Part shown: in pieces, positions 1-9,921 of the stretch
Position numbering within the stretch: the first letter of the stretch is position 1
Layout: each line of letters starts with the position of its first letter
NCBI GenBank assembly: GCA_963754315.1
Contig: CAVWFS010000019.1
Span: forward strand, 849,640 to 913,639
Direction of reading: 5' to 3'
DNA: 64,000 bases
From: an uncultured Candidatus Rokubacteria bacterium
Lineage (GTDB): Bacteria; Methylomirabilota; Methylomirabilia; Rokubacteriales; CSP1-6
Made by a program: the position numbers and the translations under genes
The notes under the pieces: generated by a model
The model's database searches: none
What the model was told of the DNA's origin: nothing
What the model saw: only the letters and a program-made list of their open reading frames with translations

Positions 1-9
1 CGCAACTGC

Positions 10-597
10 GTGACCGAGATCTTTCGGGAGATCGACCTCGCCTTCGCTCAGGCGCCGGGCGTCACTACTCGTTCTGGGCTTGCCGCCATCACTCGTGCTG
101 AGCCAGGCACCGATGCGGCGGTTCGCGACGAGTCCATTCGACGGCTGGGCGGACACGTCGAGATGACGGGATTGCGCTTCATCCCGGCTGTCTCCGCGGA
201 CGCGGTGGCGTCGACCTACACCGTGTCCGAGCGGATCGCGATCCCGTCCTACCGCCAGGCCCGCCTGGCCCGCCTCTATCGCGACGAGCCGTCCCTCCGA
301 GTCTTCCTTCGGGAGTCGAATACCCTGACCTCGACGCTCTATAATCGGAACACAGAGGATTCGTACTTTTTGTTCTTCACCGACGACACGATCGTGGCTC
401 GTCCGCTGTTCGGGATGCTCAACGTGGCCACAGGCCTAGGCGCCACTCTGGCCGGCGTGGCCACGCTGCCCTTCGACCGGGGCAAGACACTGTGGGCCGG
501 GCTCAAGGGCATGGTGTTCAGCCTGCCCGAGCTGGTCTTCTTCAACATTCGCAAGGGATCGTTCGACTACATCGAGGACGATCGGAGGCTAAGATAG
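10..597 (+). CDS. hypothetical protein (no recognisable domain; may extend upstream of window)
   Basis: 195-aa ORF from track with codon usage like neighbours; no motif recognised. Confidence 0.3.
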   Translation: MTEIFREIDLAFAQAPGVTTRSGLAAITRAEPGTDAAVRDESIRRLGGHVEMTGLRFIPAVSADAVASTYTVSERIAIPSYRQARLARLYRDEPSLRVFLRESNTLTSTLYNRNTEDSYFLFFTDDTIVARPLFGMLNVATGLGATLAGVATLPFDRGKTLWAGLKGMVFSLPELVFFNIRKGSFDYIEDDRRLR

Positions 598-602
598 CGG
601 CT

Positions 603-2114
603 ATGCGTGTACTTCTCGTTCACCCAAGTCCGCTGATGTACTCCGAGATCTACCTCCGGCTCGAGCCCCTCGGCCTCGAGCGGGTGGCGGCTGCCGTACG
701 GGCGGCCGGGCACGACGTGCGGTTGCTCGATCTCCAGATCTTCCGCCACGATGACTACTTCCGCGAGCTCACGAGCTGGGAGCCGGAGGCGGTTGGGTTC
801 TCGCTGAACTACCTGGCTAACGTGCCGGAGGTCATCGACCTCGCCCTCGAAACCCAGCGCCGCCGGCCGACGTGCTTCGTGTTCGCCGGCGGTCACAGCG
901 CCTCCTTCATCGCCCCCGAGATCCTCGCGCACGCGCGGGGCGCTATCCGCGCCCTCGTTCGAGGGGAAGGCGAGGTGGTGACCCCACTGCTCGTCGACGC
1001 CTGCCGAGACGGTGGCCTCGAGAAGCTGCCAGGTGTGGTTACGCCGCACGGGGCCGGCCCCAACCCGACCCTGCTCGACGACCTCGACCGGTTCCTGCCC
1101 GCCCGCGACCTCACCCGCCGCCGGCGCAAGTACTTCATCGGTGTCCTCGATCCGTGCGCTTCGGTGGAGTTCACCCGCGGCTGCCCGTGGGACTGCTCCT
1201 TCTGCAGCGCGTGGACGTTCTACGGGCGCAGCTACCGCAAGTCATCGCCGGAGGCGGCGGCCGAGGACGTGGCGCGGATTCGCGAGCCCAACGTCTTCCT
1301 GGTGGACGACGTGGCCTTCATCCAGTCCGAGCACGGCTACGCCATCGGCCGTGAGCTGGAGCGCCGGGGAGTCAAGAAGGAGTACTACCTCGAGACCCGC
1401 TGCGACGTGCTCGTCAAGAACCGCGAGGTCTTCGCCTACTGGAAGCGGCTGGGCCTGCACTACATGTTCCTCGGCCTGGAGGCCATCGACGAAGAGGGCC
1501 TCAAGCTCCACCGAAAGCGTGTGGTTCCCGGGGACAACTTCAAGGCGCTGGAGGTGGCTCGCGAGCTGGGCATCACGGTGGCGCTCAACATCATCGCCGA
1601 CCCCGACTGGGACGAAGCGCGCTTCACCACCATTCGTGAATGGGCCCTGAGCATCCCGGAGATCGTGCACCTGACCGTGAACACGCCTTATCCGGGGACG
1701 GAGACCTGGCTCACCGAGTCGCGCAAGCTCGACACCCTGGACTATCGGCTCTTCGACGTGCAGCACGCCGTGCTGCCCACCCGGCTCCCCCTCGAGCGCT
1801 TCTACGGGGAGCTGGTGAAGACGCAGGCCGTGCTTCGCCAGAAGCATCTGGGCTTCTCGGCCATCCGGGCGGCGACGGGCATCATTGCCGGCCAGCTCCT
1901 ACGCGGGCAGACCAACTTTGTCAAGGCGATCTGGAAGTTCAACCGGGTGTACAGCGTGAAGCGGCAGCTGGCCGATCACGCGCGGCCGGTGACGTACACC
2001 ATGACGCCGCCCAAGCCGCCGTTGACGACGAAGCCGCGGCCGGATCAGCTGTACGTGCACATGCCGGTGCGGCGGGAGGCGGCGGGGGCGGCGACGACCT
2101 TACCGGCGCTGTAA
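603..2114 (+). CDS. B12-binding domain radical SAM protein
   Basis: N-terminal Rossmann-like cobalamin-binding region (MRVLLVHPSPLMYSEIY...GHDVRLLDL). Radical-SAM Cys cluster 'TRGCPWDCSFCSAW'. Start moved to in-frame ATG (M38 of track ORF 492..2114). C-terminal Pro-rich tail. Confidence 0.75.
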   Translation: MRVLLVHPSPLMYSEIYLRLEPLGLERVAAAVRAAGHDVRLLDLQIFRHDDYFRELTSWEPEAVGFSLNYLANVPEVIDLALETQRRRPTCFVFAGGHSASFIAPEILAHARGAIRALVRGEGEVVTPLLVDACRDGGLEKLPGVVTPHGAGPNPTLLDDLDRFLPARDLTRRRRKYFIGVLDPCASVEFTRGCPWDCSFCSAWTFYGRSYRKSSPEAAAEDVARIREPNVFLVDDVAFIQSEHGYAIGRELERRGVKKEYYLETRCDVLVKNREVFAYWKRLGLHYMFLGLEAIDEEGLKLHRKRVVPGDNFKALEVARELGITVALNIIADPDWDEARFTTIREWALSIPEIVHLTVNTPYPGTETWLTESRKLDTLDYRLFDVQHAVLPTRLPLERFYGELVKTQAVLRQKHLGFSAIRAATGIIAGQLLRGQTNFVKAIWKFNRVYSVKRQLADHARPVTYTMTPPKPPLTTKPRPDQLYVHMPVRREAAGAATTLPAL

Positions 2115-2189
2115 GAAATCACGGGCAGGCCAGCGATCGAGAAGGAGCCTTGACACTAGGAACGCGTGAACTCTCGAGCGGCCTCGCGT

Positions 2190-2813
2190 TCAGTTCATCC
2201 AGGCTCCGCAGCCGCATTGCGGCCCCGGTGAAGTCGTGATCGACCGTGAGTCCGCTGGCACGACGATCACGCGCATGCCGGCGGCGAGGCCCGAGCGAAG
2301 ACCACGTTGCGTGTCCTCGACGACCGCGCACTCGTCCGGCGCTATTCCCAGTCGCGCCGCTGCCACACGGTACGCACCAGGGGCAGGTTTGGGCTGGTCG
2401 TAATCCTCTCGGGCAATGGTCTCGTGGAGTAGGCCTTCAAACCGGAGTTTGCCGAGGATGACATTGAGCTCGTGGCGCACGGTGTTGGTGGCGATTGCCA
2501 GGCGGTGGGTCGGTCGTAGTCGAACAAGCGCCTGGCGGGCCCCATGGCACGGCGGGAGTTGGCCATCGATGAGCTCGCGGTACAGCTGAGCTTTGCGAGT
2601 CCGCAGCACGCTCGGCGGCACCGGAAGTCGAAACGCCCGACATGCGTACTCCGCACCACCGTCGCCGGCAATCCAGTGGGCGCGGTACTCGTCGATGTCG
2701 ACATCGACACCGTACTCGAGCAAGGTGTGTCGGTACGCCTGCCATTGCAGTCGTTCGGTGTCAGCGAGGGTCCCGTCGAGGTCAAAGAGAACGGCGCGTA
2801 CCATCAGCCCCAT
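2190..2813 (-). CDS. HAD-superfamily hydrolase (subfamily IA, phosphatase/beta-phosphoglucomutase-like)
   Basis: Motif I 'VLFDLDGTLADT' at N-terminus; overall HAD-like layout in track ORF. Confidence 0.7.
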   Translation of the reverse strand: MGLMVRAVLFDLDGTLADTERLQWQAYRHTLLEYGVDVDIDEYRAHWIAGDGGAEYACRAFRLPVPPSVLRTRKAQLYRELIDGQLPPCHGARQALVRLRPTHRLAIATNTVRHELNVILGKLRFEGLLHETIAREDYDQPKPAPGAYRVAAARLGIAPDECAVVEDTQRGLRSGLAAGMRVIVVPADSRSITTSPGPQCGCGAWMN

Positions 2814-2867
2814 GGCTCGCCAAGGACGCGGAGGGCGTCCAACCTCTGCGAACGGTCGCGTCGCCCC

Positions 2868-5800
2868 TCAGCCGCCCGCCGTGGCCAGAACCTGACGGGC
2901 CTGCTTGGCTTCGGCGAAGTTCGAATCGATCGTCAGCGCGCGACGGAGTTCATCCACTGCCTCCTCCTTCCGGCCCTGCTTCAGGTAGACCAGACCGAGA
3001 TGAAAGCGAATGGTCGGCTGACGCGGCAACAGCGTGGCCGCTTCCCGGAGCGCCTCGCCCGCCGCGTCGTACTTGGCTGTCTGGAAGTAGACCCAGCCGA
3101 GGGTGTCGAGAATCTCGCCCCGGTGGGGAGTCAGTTCATTCGCTCGCTTGGCAAACTTGACGGCATCATCGAGGTCGCTCTTCCGGTCAGCCAGGATCAG
3201 GGCGAGATTGTTGTAGGGTCGCGCATCCCTCGGAGCGAGGGCGATTGCCTTACGGTACCAGGGGATCGCCTGCTCGAGTAACCCTTTCTGCTGGTAGGCG
3301 AGACCAAGCCCCGTGTAGGCTAGCGCGTTCTTGGGCTCCAGGCCCACTGCCTTTTGGAACTCCGCGATGGCCCGCTCCTCCTGTCGCTTCTCAAGGTAGG
3401 CGCCACCTAGCACCATATGGACTTTGGTCAACCGGGGATTCAGGGTGAGGGCATCGTTGGCGCGGGCGATCGCATCGTCCGGCCGCTGCTGGGCTAGATA
3501 CAATTCGGCTAGAGCAAGGTTCGCTGCGGGCAGCTTCGGATTCACCCGGACCACCGTCTCAAGGTGCCCCAGCGCTTTGTCTCGACGTCCTTGCCGAAGA
3601 TGCAGATTGGCCAGGGCTAGATTCGTTCCGATGTGACTGGAATTGACCTTCAACGCTGCGGTCAAGTCCTGGACGGCCTGTTCGGTACGCCCATCTTGCA
3701 GGGCAAGCGTCGCGAGCGCGGCCCAGGCGGGAATCAGGCCGGGATTCAGCTCGACCGCCTTGCGAAGCGAGGCCTCGGCCTCAGCATGCCGACGACTAGC
3801 AAGGTAGGCTTGGCCCAACGCATACTGGGCCGTGGCGCTTCCGGGCGACTTCATCACATCCCCTCGAAGCTGATCGATGGCCAGCCTGTCTTTGGTGGCC
3901 GCGCCCAGGAGCGCGGTCAGCTCCTGCGCTTGCTCGGCCATCTTGGGCTCGAGCTCGAGGGCCCGTTGGTACTCCGCCCGCGCCTCCTTGACTCGCCCCA
4001 GGAGTACGTACGTACGGGCCAGCTGATAGTGAGGTGCCGCCGCCTTAGGCGCCTCCGCGGCAGCGCGCCTGAACTCGTCCACGGCGAGATCGAGCTGCCA
4101 GGTCTCACGATACACGACCCCGAGCAGCACGCGCGCTTCCGGCGATTTCGGCGTGACCTTCAGGATCGCCTTAGCGGCCCGGATCGCCTCGTCGTACTGG
4201 CCGGTCTTGACGGCGAGATCCCCGATCGGCAGGTGCAGACCGGTCAGCTCGGGGTGTGTCTGGATGAGCGCCTTGAGATGCGTGGACGCCTGGAGGTACT
4301 GCCCCTGTTTGGCATGGATACCGGCAGCTCCCAGCCCGGCGCTCAGATTCGAGGGGTCGATCTTCAGGACACTCTTGAAGTGCTCGAGAGCATCGTCACG
4401 CTTGTCGTCGAGCAGGGCTAACAAGGCGAGGTTGAGATGGGCGGGCACTGATGTGGGGTCGGTAGCCAAGATCCTCTTGAACTCGGACGATGCCCGGGCG
4501 CGCTGCCCCTTTCCGGCCAGGGCCGCACCAAGGAAGGCACGGGCCCGGATGTCCTTCGGGTTGGTTTTGAGGAGATCTTCCGCCCGGTGGATCACTTCGT
4601 CGTATGCCTTCTGGTTCAGATGGGCGGACAACAGCGCAGTCTGCGCCCGAGGGTTCTGCGGTTCGGCGCGAAGAACCTCAGAAAAGATGCCGAGCGCCGC
4701 CGGAGCGTCGCCCTGCACGTCGCGGAGCACACCGAGGCTGAGCTTGGCCGATGTGAAAGAGGGGTCTTGCTGGAGTGCCTTCTGGAACGCCGACTGAGCG
4801 CGCCCATAATCCTTGAGGCCCATGAGCGCCATTCCCAGGATCTCGTGACCAGCAGGGTCATCGGGGCGCTCGAGAAGATAGAGATCGGCATGCTTGATCG
4901 CCTCTTCATACCGGGCCAGCTGAAGGTTCGCCGCGGCCAACTGACGTTGCACGCCCGGGACGCTGGGTTGGAGGCGCCGGGCACTCTCGAAGGCCGTCAA
5001 GGCCTGTAGGGGGCGGGCATCGAGCGCATAGGCCAAGCCCAGACGAAACTGGGCTACTGCGCTCTTGGGCTGGGCCTTGACGACGATCTCGAACTCGCCA
5101 ACGGCCTCCGCCCCGCGGCGTGTGCCGAGATACGCCGTCCCGAGCAGAAAGTGCGGGGCGGGGAGCTGCGGATAGCGGCGCACGAGTGGCGCCACGACGG
5201 CCTCGGCCTTGGCATACTCGCCCTTACTCAGGTAGAGCTCTCCGCGAAGCAGCTCCATAGGATAGTCTTGCACGCTCTTGGCGACAGCCTCGATCGTCTC
5301 GAGGGCGAGGTCTGGCTTGCCCTGCTGGCGGTAGGTCAAAGCGAGGTTGAGTCGCCCCTCTCGGTGAAAGCGATCGATGGTCAGCACCTTCTGAAACGCC
5401 TGTTCGGCCTCGCCGAGACGGTTGTTCCTCGCGTGAAGGACGCCGATGCGCAGATGGGCTCCGGCATGGGTCGCGTCGAGGGCGAGGGCTCGATTCAGGT
5501 CGCGAAGAGCATCGTGTGTCTTTCCTTGGGCGAGATAGATGCTGCTTCGCCCGACATACGCGTCGGCGAAGGCAGGGTCGATGCTCAACACCGTGTCGAA
5601 GGCCCTGAGGGCCTCGTCGACTTTTCCGAGCCCGATCAGGGCGTTTGCCAACAGCGTCTGCCCACGTGTCGACCGCGGATCCTGCTTCAAAAGGTCGCGG
5701 GCGACCCGTTCTGCTTCTCCCGAGCCTCCGATCTCGAGGAGCACGTCTCCGAGTTCGAGCGCGGCTTGACTGAGACTTGGATTGAGTTCTAATGCTCTCT

Positions 5801-6056
5801 CGAGTTCGCGGCGGGCATCCAGGACCATCCCCTTTCGCCGGTAGGTCCGACCCAGGTGCCATCGTCCCTCCGCGTCGTCGGGAACGAGTTGCAGGCCATT
5901 GCGAAAGGCGATGACCGCTTCGTTGTACCTGCCCCCGTTGAGGTCCCTCACGCCTTGGTCGTAATACTTCTGCCGCTGGACCGAAGGATCGCCGCCGCAG
6001 CCGCTACTGACAATCCCCGCCAACAGAAACGTGAAAAGCAGCCGGCGGGTCATCAT
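2868..6056 (-). CDS. prsT: TPR-repeat lipoprotein, PEP-CTERM system PrsT-like
   Basis: ~1060 aa made almost entirely of tetratricopeptide repeats. N-terminal lipoprotein signal 'MMTRRLLFTFLLAGIVSSGCGG' (start taken at M12 of track ORF). Sits beside an exosortase-type EPS locus as PrsT does. Confidence 0.7.
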   Translation of the reverse strand: MMTRRLLFTFLLAGIVSSGCGGDPSVQRQKYYDQGVRDLNGGRYNEAVIAFRNGLQLVPDDAEGRWHLGRTYRRKGMVLDARRELERALELNPSLSQAALELGDVLLEIGGSGEAERVARDLLKQDPRSTRGQTLLANALIGLGKVDEALRAFDTVLSIDPAFADAYVGRSSIYLAQGKTHDALRDLNRALALDATHAGAHLRIGVLHARNNRLGEAEQAFQKVLTIDRFHREGRLNLALTYRQQGKPDLALETIEAVAKSVQDYPMELLRGELYLSKGEYAKAEAVVAPLVRRYPQLPAPHFLLGTAYLGTRRGAEAVGEFEIVVKAQPKSAVAQFRLGLAYALDARPLQALTAFESARRLQPSVPGVQRQLAAANLQLARYEEAIKHADLYLLERPDDPAGHEILGMALMGLKDYGRAQSAFQKALQQDPSFTSAKLSLGVLRDVQGDAPAALGIFSEVLRAEPQNPRAQTALLSAHLNQKAYDEVIHRAEDLLKTNPKDIRARAFLGAALAGKGQRARASSEFKRILATDPTSVPAHLNLALLALLDDKRDDALEHFKSVLKIDPSNLSAGLGAAGIHAKQGQYLQASTHLKALIQTHPELTGLHLPIGDLAVKTGQYDEAIRAAKAILKVTPKSPEARVLLGVVYRETWQLDLAVDEFRRAAAEAPKAAAPHYQLARTYVLLGRVKEARAEYQRALELEPKMAEQAQELTALLGAATKDRLAIDQLRGDVMKSPGSATAQYALGQAYLASRRHAEAEASLRKAVELNPGLIPAWAALATLALQDGRTEQAVQDLTAALKVNSSHIGTNLALANLHLRQGRRDKALGHLETVVRVNPKLPAANLALAELYLAQQRPDDAIARANDALTLNPRLTKVHMVLGGAYLEKRQEERAIAEFQKAVGLEPKNALAYTGLGLAYQQKGLLEQAIPWYRKAIALAPRDARPYNNLALILADRKSDLDDAVKFAKRANELTPHRGEILDTLGWVYFQTAKYDAAGEALREAATLLPRQPTIRFHLGLVYLKQGRKEEAVDELRRALTIDSNFAEAKQARQVLATAGG

Positions 6057-6227
6057 AAGGGTCGTCTCCCTGGTGTCTCGACATACCATTGGATCGTGGC
6101 CTCGAAGAAGAAGCCAAACTTCACTGGAACCTTGGGGAATAGCAAACTCCGGGCCAGAGATGCCAGGGACAAGAGCTCATGCAGAAGCACCGGACCGTGC
6201 GGGGTTGCCGAGCGGGGCCCAGGCGGT

Positions 6228-6290
6228 CAGCTTTGGCGGCGGCGATGCCCTTTGGCGGCGGCGGTGCCCTTTGGCGGCGCGATGCCCTAA
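6228..6290. repeat. imperfect ~20-bp tandem direct repeat x3 (GCCCTTTGGCGGCGGCGRTG) in the region upstream of the prsT-like gene
   Basis: Read directly: 'ctttggcggcggcgatgccc tttggcggcggcggtgccc tttggcggcgcgatgccc', 140-230 bp upstream of the minus-strand TPR gene start. Confidence 0.6.
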
Positions 6291-6501
6291 CGTGACCTCC
6301 GCGACTCAGAACTGGTCACCCACGGGAGCTATCGTCAAGAGTTGTGGATTGAGTGAGTTCGGGGCCGGCTGGCCCGGGCTCCTCAACACGCTGACACCGC
6401 ATCGCGAGCAGCTCGCCGCGTGGCTTGGCGAAGGCCTGCGGCTGACGAAGATCCACCGACCCCGCCCTCGTTCGCCACGCGACGGGCAAGGGCTAGTTGC
6501 A

Positions 6502-6906
6502 TCACGCCGAACGCTCCTCGATCTGCTGCACCAGGGTCGTGATCGATCGTGGCTCGCCGGCCCGCGCCTCCGTGACGTACGCCATCACGGCCGGAGTCAG
6601 CTTGTGCGCGCTCCGCCGTCCCCGCTTGCGCGGGACCAGTCCGCCCAGCCCGGCTTGCACGAAGGCCGCGTGCGCTTGGTAGAAGGTGGGCCGCGACACG
6701 CCGAAGGCCTCGGCCGCGCGCGTCACCGGCGCGCGCTCGACCCGGACGCGGCGCAGCATCTCGTACTTGACCTGTACCAGGTCGCGGGCACCGAAGAAGG
6801 CGCTCGCCCGAAAGGTCTCGTCGGCGACGCTTGCCGGCCGTGGGTTGAGCGTGCCGTTCCCGCGGAGGGCACCCAGCTTGGGATCGGGCTGCGGGCGCCG
6901 AGGCAT
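6502..6906 (-). CDS. helix-turn-helix protein resembling the N-terminal HTH region of IS481/IS630-type transposases (DDE domain absent; likely IS remnant)
   Basis: 'KYEMLRRV...AEAFGVSRPTFYQAHAAFVQAGLGGLVPRKRGRRSAHKLTPAVMAYV' matches the transposase N-terminal HTH pattern (G-x-SR-x-TFY...GL..L.D..R.P...LTP). Only 134 aa. Confidence 0.45.
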   Translation of the reverse strand: MPRRPQPDPKLGALRGNGTLNPRPASVADETFRASAFFGARDLVQVKYEMLRRVRVERAPVTRAAEAFGVSRPTFYQAHAAFVQAGLGGLVPRKRGRRSAHKLTPAVMAYVTEARAGEPRSITTLVQQIEERSA

Positions 6907-7101
6907 CTGTAAGTATATTTCCGCCTTTTACCCGAAGACACGCACCCAGTTCGCCAGCATTCACGTCGGTATAGTCGCTAGAATGCCCGCCACCGGGCTC
7001 GCGGCCCCCTCTATACATTCGGCGTCTATTTCTTAACATAAACGGCGCAATTTCCTTTACACCGGATCGCCCGTTCCAGCACCACGTCCGGCGCGCCACC
7101 C

Positions 7102-7602
7102 TCACGGCGTCAGCCTTTCCAGCAGGTCGGCCACGCGAAACAGGCATCGGCCCGCCGCCAGCGTCAGCAATGGATCGGGCTCGACGACGCTCGTCCACGT
7201 GGCGGGGACCGCCCGCAGCCGTCCGTGCTCGTCGTAAAAGCACACCCGATCCTCGCCCCAGGCCTGGTGCCACGCGACCAGTTCGATCTCCCGGCCGCGC
7301 TGCGGGTGGAACGGGTGCGTTATGCGAACAACTCGCGGCGCTTCGTGCCTATCCCGTGCAGTTGACGACCCTGACCAAGCCGAAAGTGGAGCGCGGAATT
7401 CCCTACTGTCGCGAGGATTTCTCCGCGGCGAGACCTTCCGTGATCTGGCCGAGATGCAGGCGCCCGCCGTGCGGTGGTGTCGGGATATCGCTGGCCCGCG
7501 TGTGCACGGCACCGCGCGCCAGGTGCCCCGCGTCGTGTCTGAGACGGCGGAGCAAACCGACGCTCTTGCCGCTTCACGGGGGCACGACGGCCCGGAACTC
7601 AC
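7102..7602 (-). CDS. hypothetical protein; only C-terminal ~75 aa look protein-like, start uncertain
   Basis: C-terminus '...RITHPFHPQRGREIELVAWHQAWGEDRVCFYDEHGRLRAVPATWTSVVEPDPLL' looks like a folded domain. Upstream part is Arg/Ser-rich low complexity typical of high-GC ORF artefacts. Confidence 0.2.
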   Translation of the reverse strand: MSSGPSCPREAARASVCSAVSDTTRGTWRAVPCTRGPAISRHHRTAGACISARSRKVSPRRNPRDSREFRAPLSAWSGSSTARDRHEAPRVVRITHPFHPQRGREIELVAWHQAWGEDRVCFYDEHGRLRAVPATWTSVVEPDPLLTLAAGRCLFRVADLLERLTP

Positions 7603-8477
7603 CTTCTGCGGATGCCGGCTGCAGGTGCGGCGGCCCCGCGTGCGCGGGAGAGCGATCAGGAGGCGACCCTGTCACCGCCGAGTTGGACAATCCCTGAAAG
7701 CGGGGTCGGCGATGAGGCCGTTGTCCCGCTCAGATGGAGGATCCGGACGCTTGTCAGATCCTCCCCGCGAGCCAGATTCCGGTGAGCGTTGCCGAGAGGG
7801 CAGGCCGGCCGATGACGTAAGCCCAGACCCTTCCTCGAGTTCGGCCACCGGGGCACACCAACATCATGGCAATCTCGCGTTTGGCATCTTCTTGTGATCC
7901 AAATGTCCCTATTTCGGAAGATAATGACAGTTTTGCTGTGCATCGTGTCCGCCGAGAGACTTCGAGGGCGTCGATGCGAATAACTCTCCAGAGGCTGCCA
8001 GGCTTCAAGGGACCTCCGGAGAAGACGGGATCTGAATAGTCATTCCTCGACCCAGGACAGCACCCCACGTCAGAAACCTGTTCCACCAGCCACTTACGAT
8101 ACCGGTCCTTCCGAACTCTGACCGCTCTCCCCATGAAGGGCGCTTCCATACCTCCCTCACCCGATGTGTCGGGTGCAAGCGGTCTCCGCCGTGGCCGATG
8201 GTGGACGAAAATCTTGAACTTGGCCAGATAATTGCGGGGCGCTTCATGCGGTGAGGGCACGCGTGGCCGTCGATCTGAGGCAGTGTCAGGGCCAGCCAGC
8301 TGACGCAACGTCAAGCGGACCTAGGCGGACCACCATGTCACTCACTTGACCTAAGGAAGAGACGCTGAGAGGCGGCGCCGCTGCGGCGAAGTATGACCCT
8401 TTGGTGACAAGCCTTGCACAAGGGCCCTCGCCTGCGTCATAGTCGTCCGCGGGTCGGGTAAGGGCGCCGTCGGAGAG

Positions 8478-9893
8478 GTGACACCGTTGCGGGTGATCGT
8501 TCTGGATGAACATCGCGAGGTGAGTGAGCGCGCGAAGCGCGTCCTGGGACGTTTGGGCGTACGCGTCTCCTTCGCCGGCTCTGTTGCCGAGCTCGATCTG
8601 CTGTTGGCCAAGAGCGTGCCCACGGATGTCCTCATCGCCAACCTTGCCGGGGAGGCCACGGCCTGGGAGCTCGCCGCCCAGCTTCGCTCTGTGCGTTTCC
8701 TCGGCAAGACGCTGATCCTCGTCGAACGGCCCGCCGAGGCTGACATGGTACGCTCGATGCGGGTTCCTCGGAGTGAATGCGTCATCCGCCCCGCTTCCGT
8801 AGGTCTTATCGATGATCTTCTTCAGCAGGTCGCAACGGACTCGCTCGAGCCGGTGTCAGAACGCTCCTTCGAGCCTCATCGCGCCCACGACCATGAAGCC
8901 TTCAACCACATCGAAGCCTTCAACCACATCGTTGGTCGATCGAAACCCATGCGCGAAATCTTCTGGCGCATCGAGAAGGTCGCCAACAGCGACGCCAACG
9001 TGTGCATCTACGGCGAGAGCGGTACGGGGAAGGAGCTCATCGCACGCGCTCTTCACCATGCGAGTGGGCGGCGCGATCGCCCCTTCATCGCTCTCGACTG
9101 CACGACGATCCCGGAGGGGCTGATGGAGAGCCACCTTTTCGGACACGTCAAGGGGGCGTTCACGGGGGCGGTCGACCACCGAGAGGGTGTTTTCTCCCTA
9201 GCCCACAGCGGCACGCTCTTCATGGACGAGCTTTGTGAACTGAGCCTGCCCCTCCAGGCAAAGCTTCTCCGCGTGGTTCAAAGCCGCGAGTTTGTAAAAG
9301 TGGGGGGGACCAAGCCCGTTCAGACCGACATCCGCCTAATCACCGCCACCAACAAGGAGCCGAAACAGGAAGTCGATCACGGCAACTTCAGGGAGGACCT
9401 CTACTATCGGTTGGCGGTAGTCATGATCAAGGTGCCTCCACTGCGGGAACGGAGCCATGATATTCCTCTCCTCGTGGAGCACTTCGTGAGGAAATTTGCC
9501 GCCGCCTACAATCGGCCCATTCGTGCGATCTCGCCAGCGGCCATGCGGCGCCTGGTCGCCTCACCGTGGCCGGGAAACGTCAGGCAGCTCGAGAATCTTC
9601 TCGAGCAGGCGGTGGTGCTGGCCGACGGGGAGACGCTCAATGAGTGCGATCTCTTCACCGAGGACCCGATCGAGGAGACATTAGCCCAGACGTCCTTTGT
9701 CAGTTTGGAGCGGGGGCTTCCTCTTCGCGAAGTCGAGCGACGGTATATCCTCCGAACGCTTCAAACCTGTCAGGACAACCGGACGGAGACAGCTCGTCGT
9801 CTCGGCATTAGCGTCAGGTGCCTTCAGTATAAATTGAAGTCCTACTCACTCGCGGACGGGGCGCCGCTCGTCGACGGTCGACAAGCGCGGTAG
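8478..9893 (+). CDS. sigma-54-dependent transcriptional regulator (bacterial enhancer-binding protein) with degenerate, probably non-phosphorylatable receiver domain
   Basis: AAA+ sigma-54 activation core (IVGRSKPMREIF...GESGTGKELIARALH...ESHLFGHVKGAFTGA...GNFREDLYYRL) and C-terminal Fis-type HTH (TETARRLGISVRCLQYKL). In the N-terminal receiver-like region the phospho-acceptor position reads 'DVLIANLAGE' (Asn where Asp is expected); T/K positions are also non-canonical. GTG start. Internal 6-aa tandem duplication 'HEAFNHIEAFNHI'. Confidence 0.85.
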   Translation: MTPLRVIVLDEHREVSERAKRVLGRLGVRVSFAGSVAELDLLLAKSVPTDVLIANLAGEATAWELAAQLRSVRFLGKTLILVERPAEADMVRSMRVPRSECVIRPASVGLIDDLLQQVATDSLEPVSERSFEPHRAHDHEAFNHIEAFNHIVGRSKPMREIFWRIEKVANSDANVCIYGESGTGKELIARALHHASGRRDRPFIALDCTTIPEGLMESHLFGHVKGAFTGAVDHREGVFSLAHSGTLFMDELCELSLPLQAKLLRVVQSREFVKVGGTKPVQTDIRLITATNKEPKQEVDHGNFREDLYYRLAVVMIKVPPLRERSHDIPLLVEHFVRKFAAAYNRPIRAISPAAMRRLVASPWPGNVRQLENLLEQAVVLADGETLNECDLFTEDPIEETLAQTSFVSLERGLPLREVERRYILRTLQTCQDNRTETARRLGISVRCLQYKLKSYSLADGAPLVDGRQAR

Positions 9894-9921
9894 CAGCGGC
9901 TTTTATGGCGGAGAATGGCCG

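Noticed and set aside
567-1847. Numerous long ORFs overlapping annotated genes on the opposite strand or in alternate frames (e.g. 567..1049-, 872..1354+, 1242..1847-, and elsewhere 3633..4421+, 5151..5792+, 20932..22053-, 27517..28188-, 29036..29914-, 45554..47050+, 47864..49138+)
   Set aside because: Arg/Ala/Gly/Pro-rich low-complexity translations typical of stop-codon-poor antisense frames in high-GC DNA. Each overlaps a gene with clear domain content.
2119-2331. Hairpin 'GCCGCattGCGGC' near 2210-2225 as terminator
   Set aside because: Lies within/at the 3' end of the HAD hydrolase coding region, short stem, no following T-tract.
6031-7273. Long ORFs 6031..6912(+) and 6383..7273(-)
   Set aside because: Mostly low-complexity translation overlapping the better-supported HTH ORF. 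Only a short internal stretch (~6330-6500, +) looks transposase-like, and it is noted as a fragment rather than a gene.
8402-8418. Sigma-54-like element 'TGGTGACaagccTTGCA' upstream of the first sigma-54 regulator
   Set aside because: GG-to-GC spacing is one base too long and -24 is TGGTGA rather than TGGCAC. A similar near-miss at ~22150 (TGGCAAccgtcgTCGCA) also has wrong spacing.
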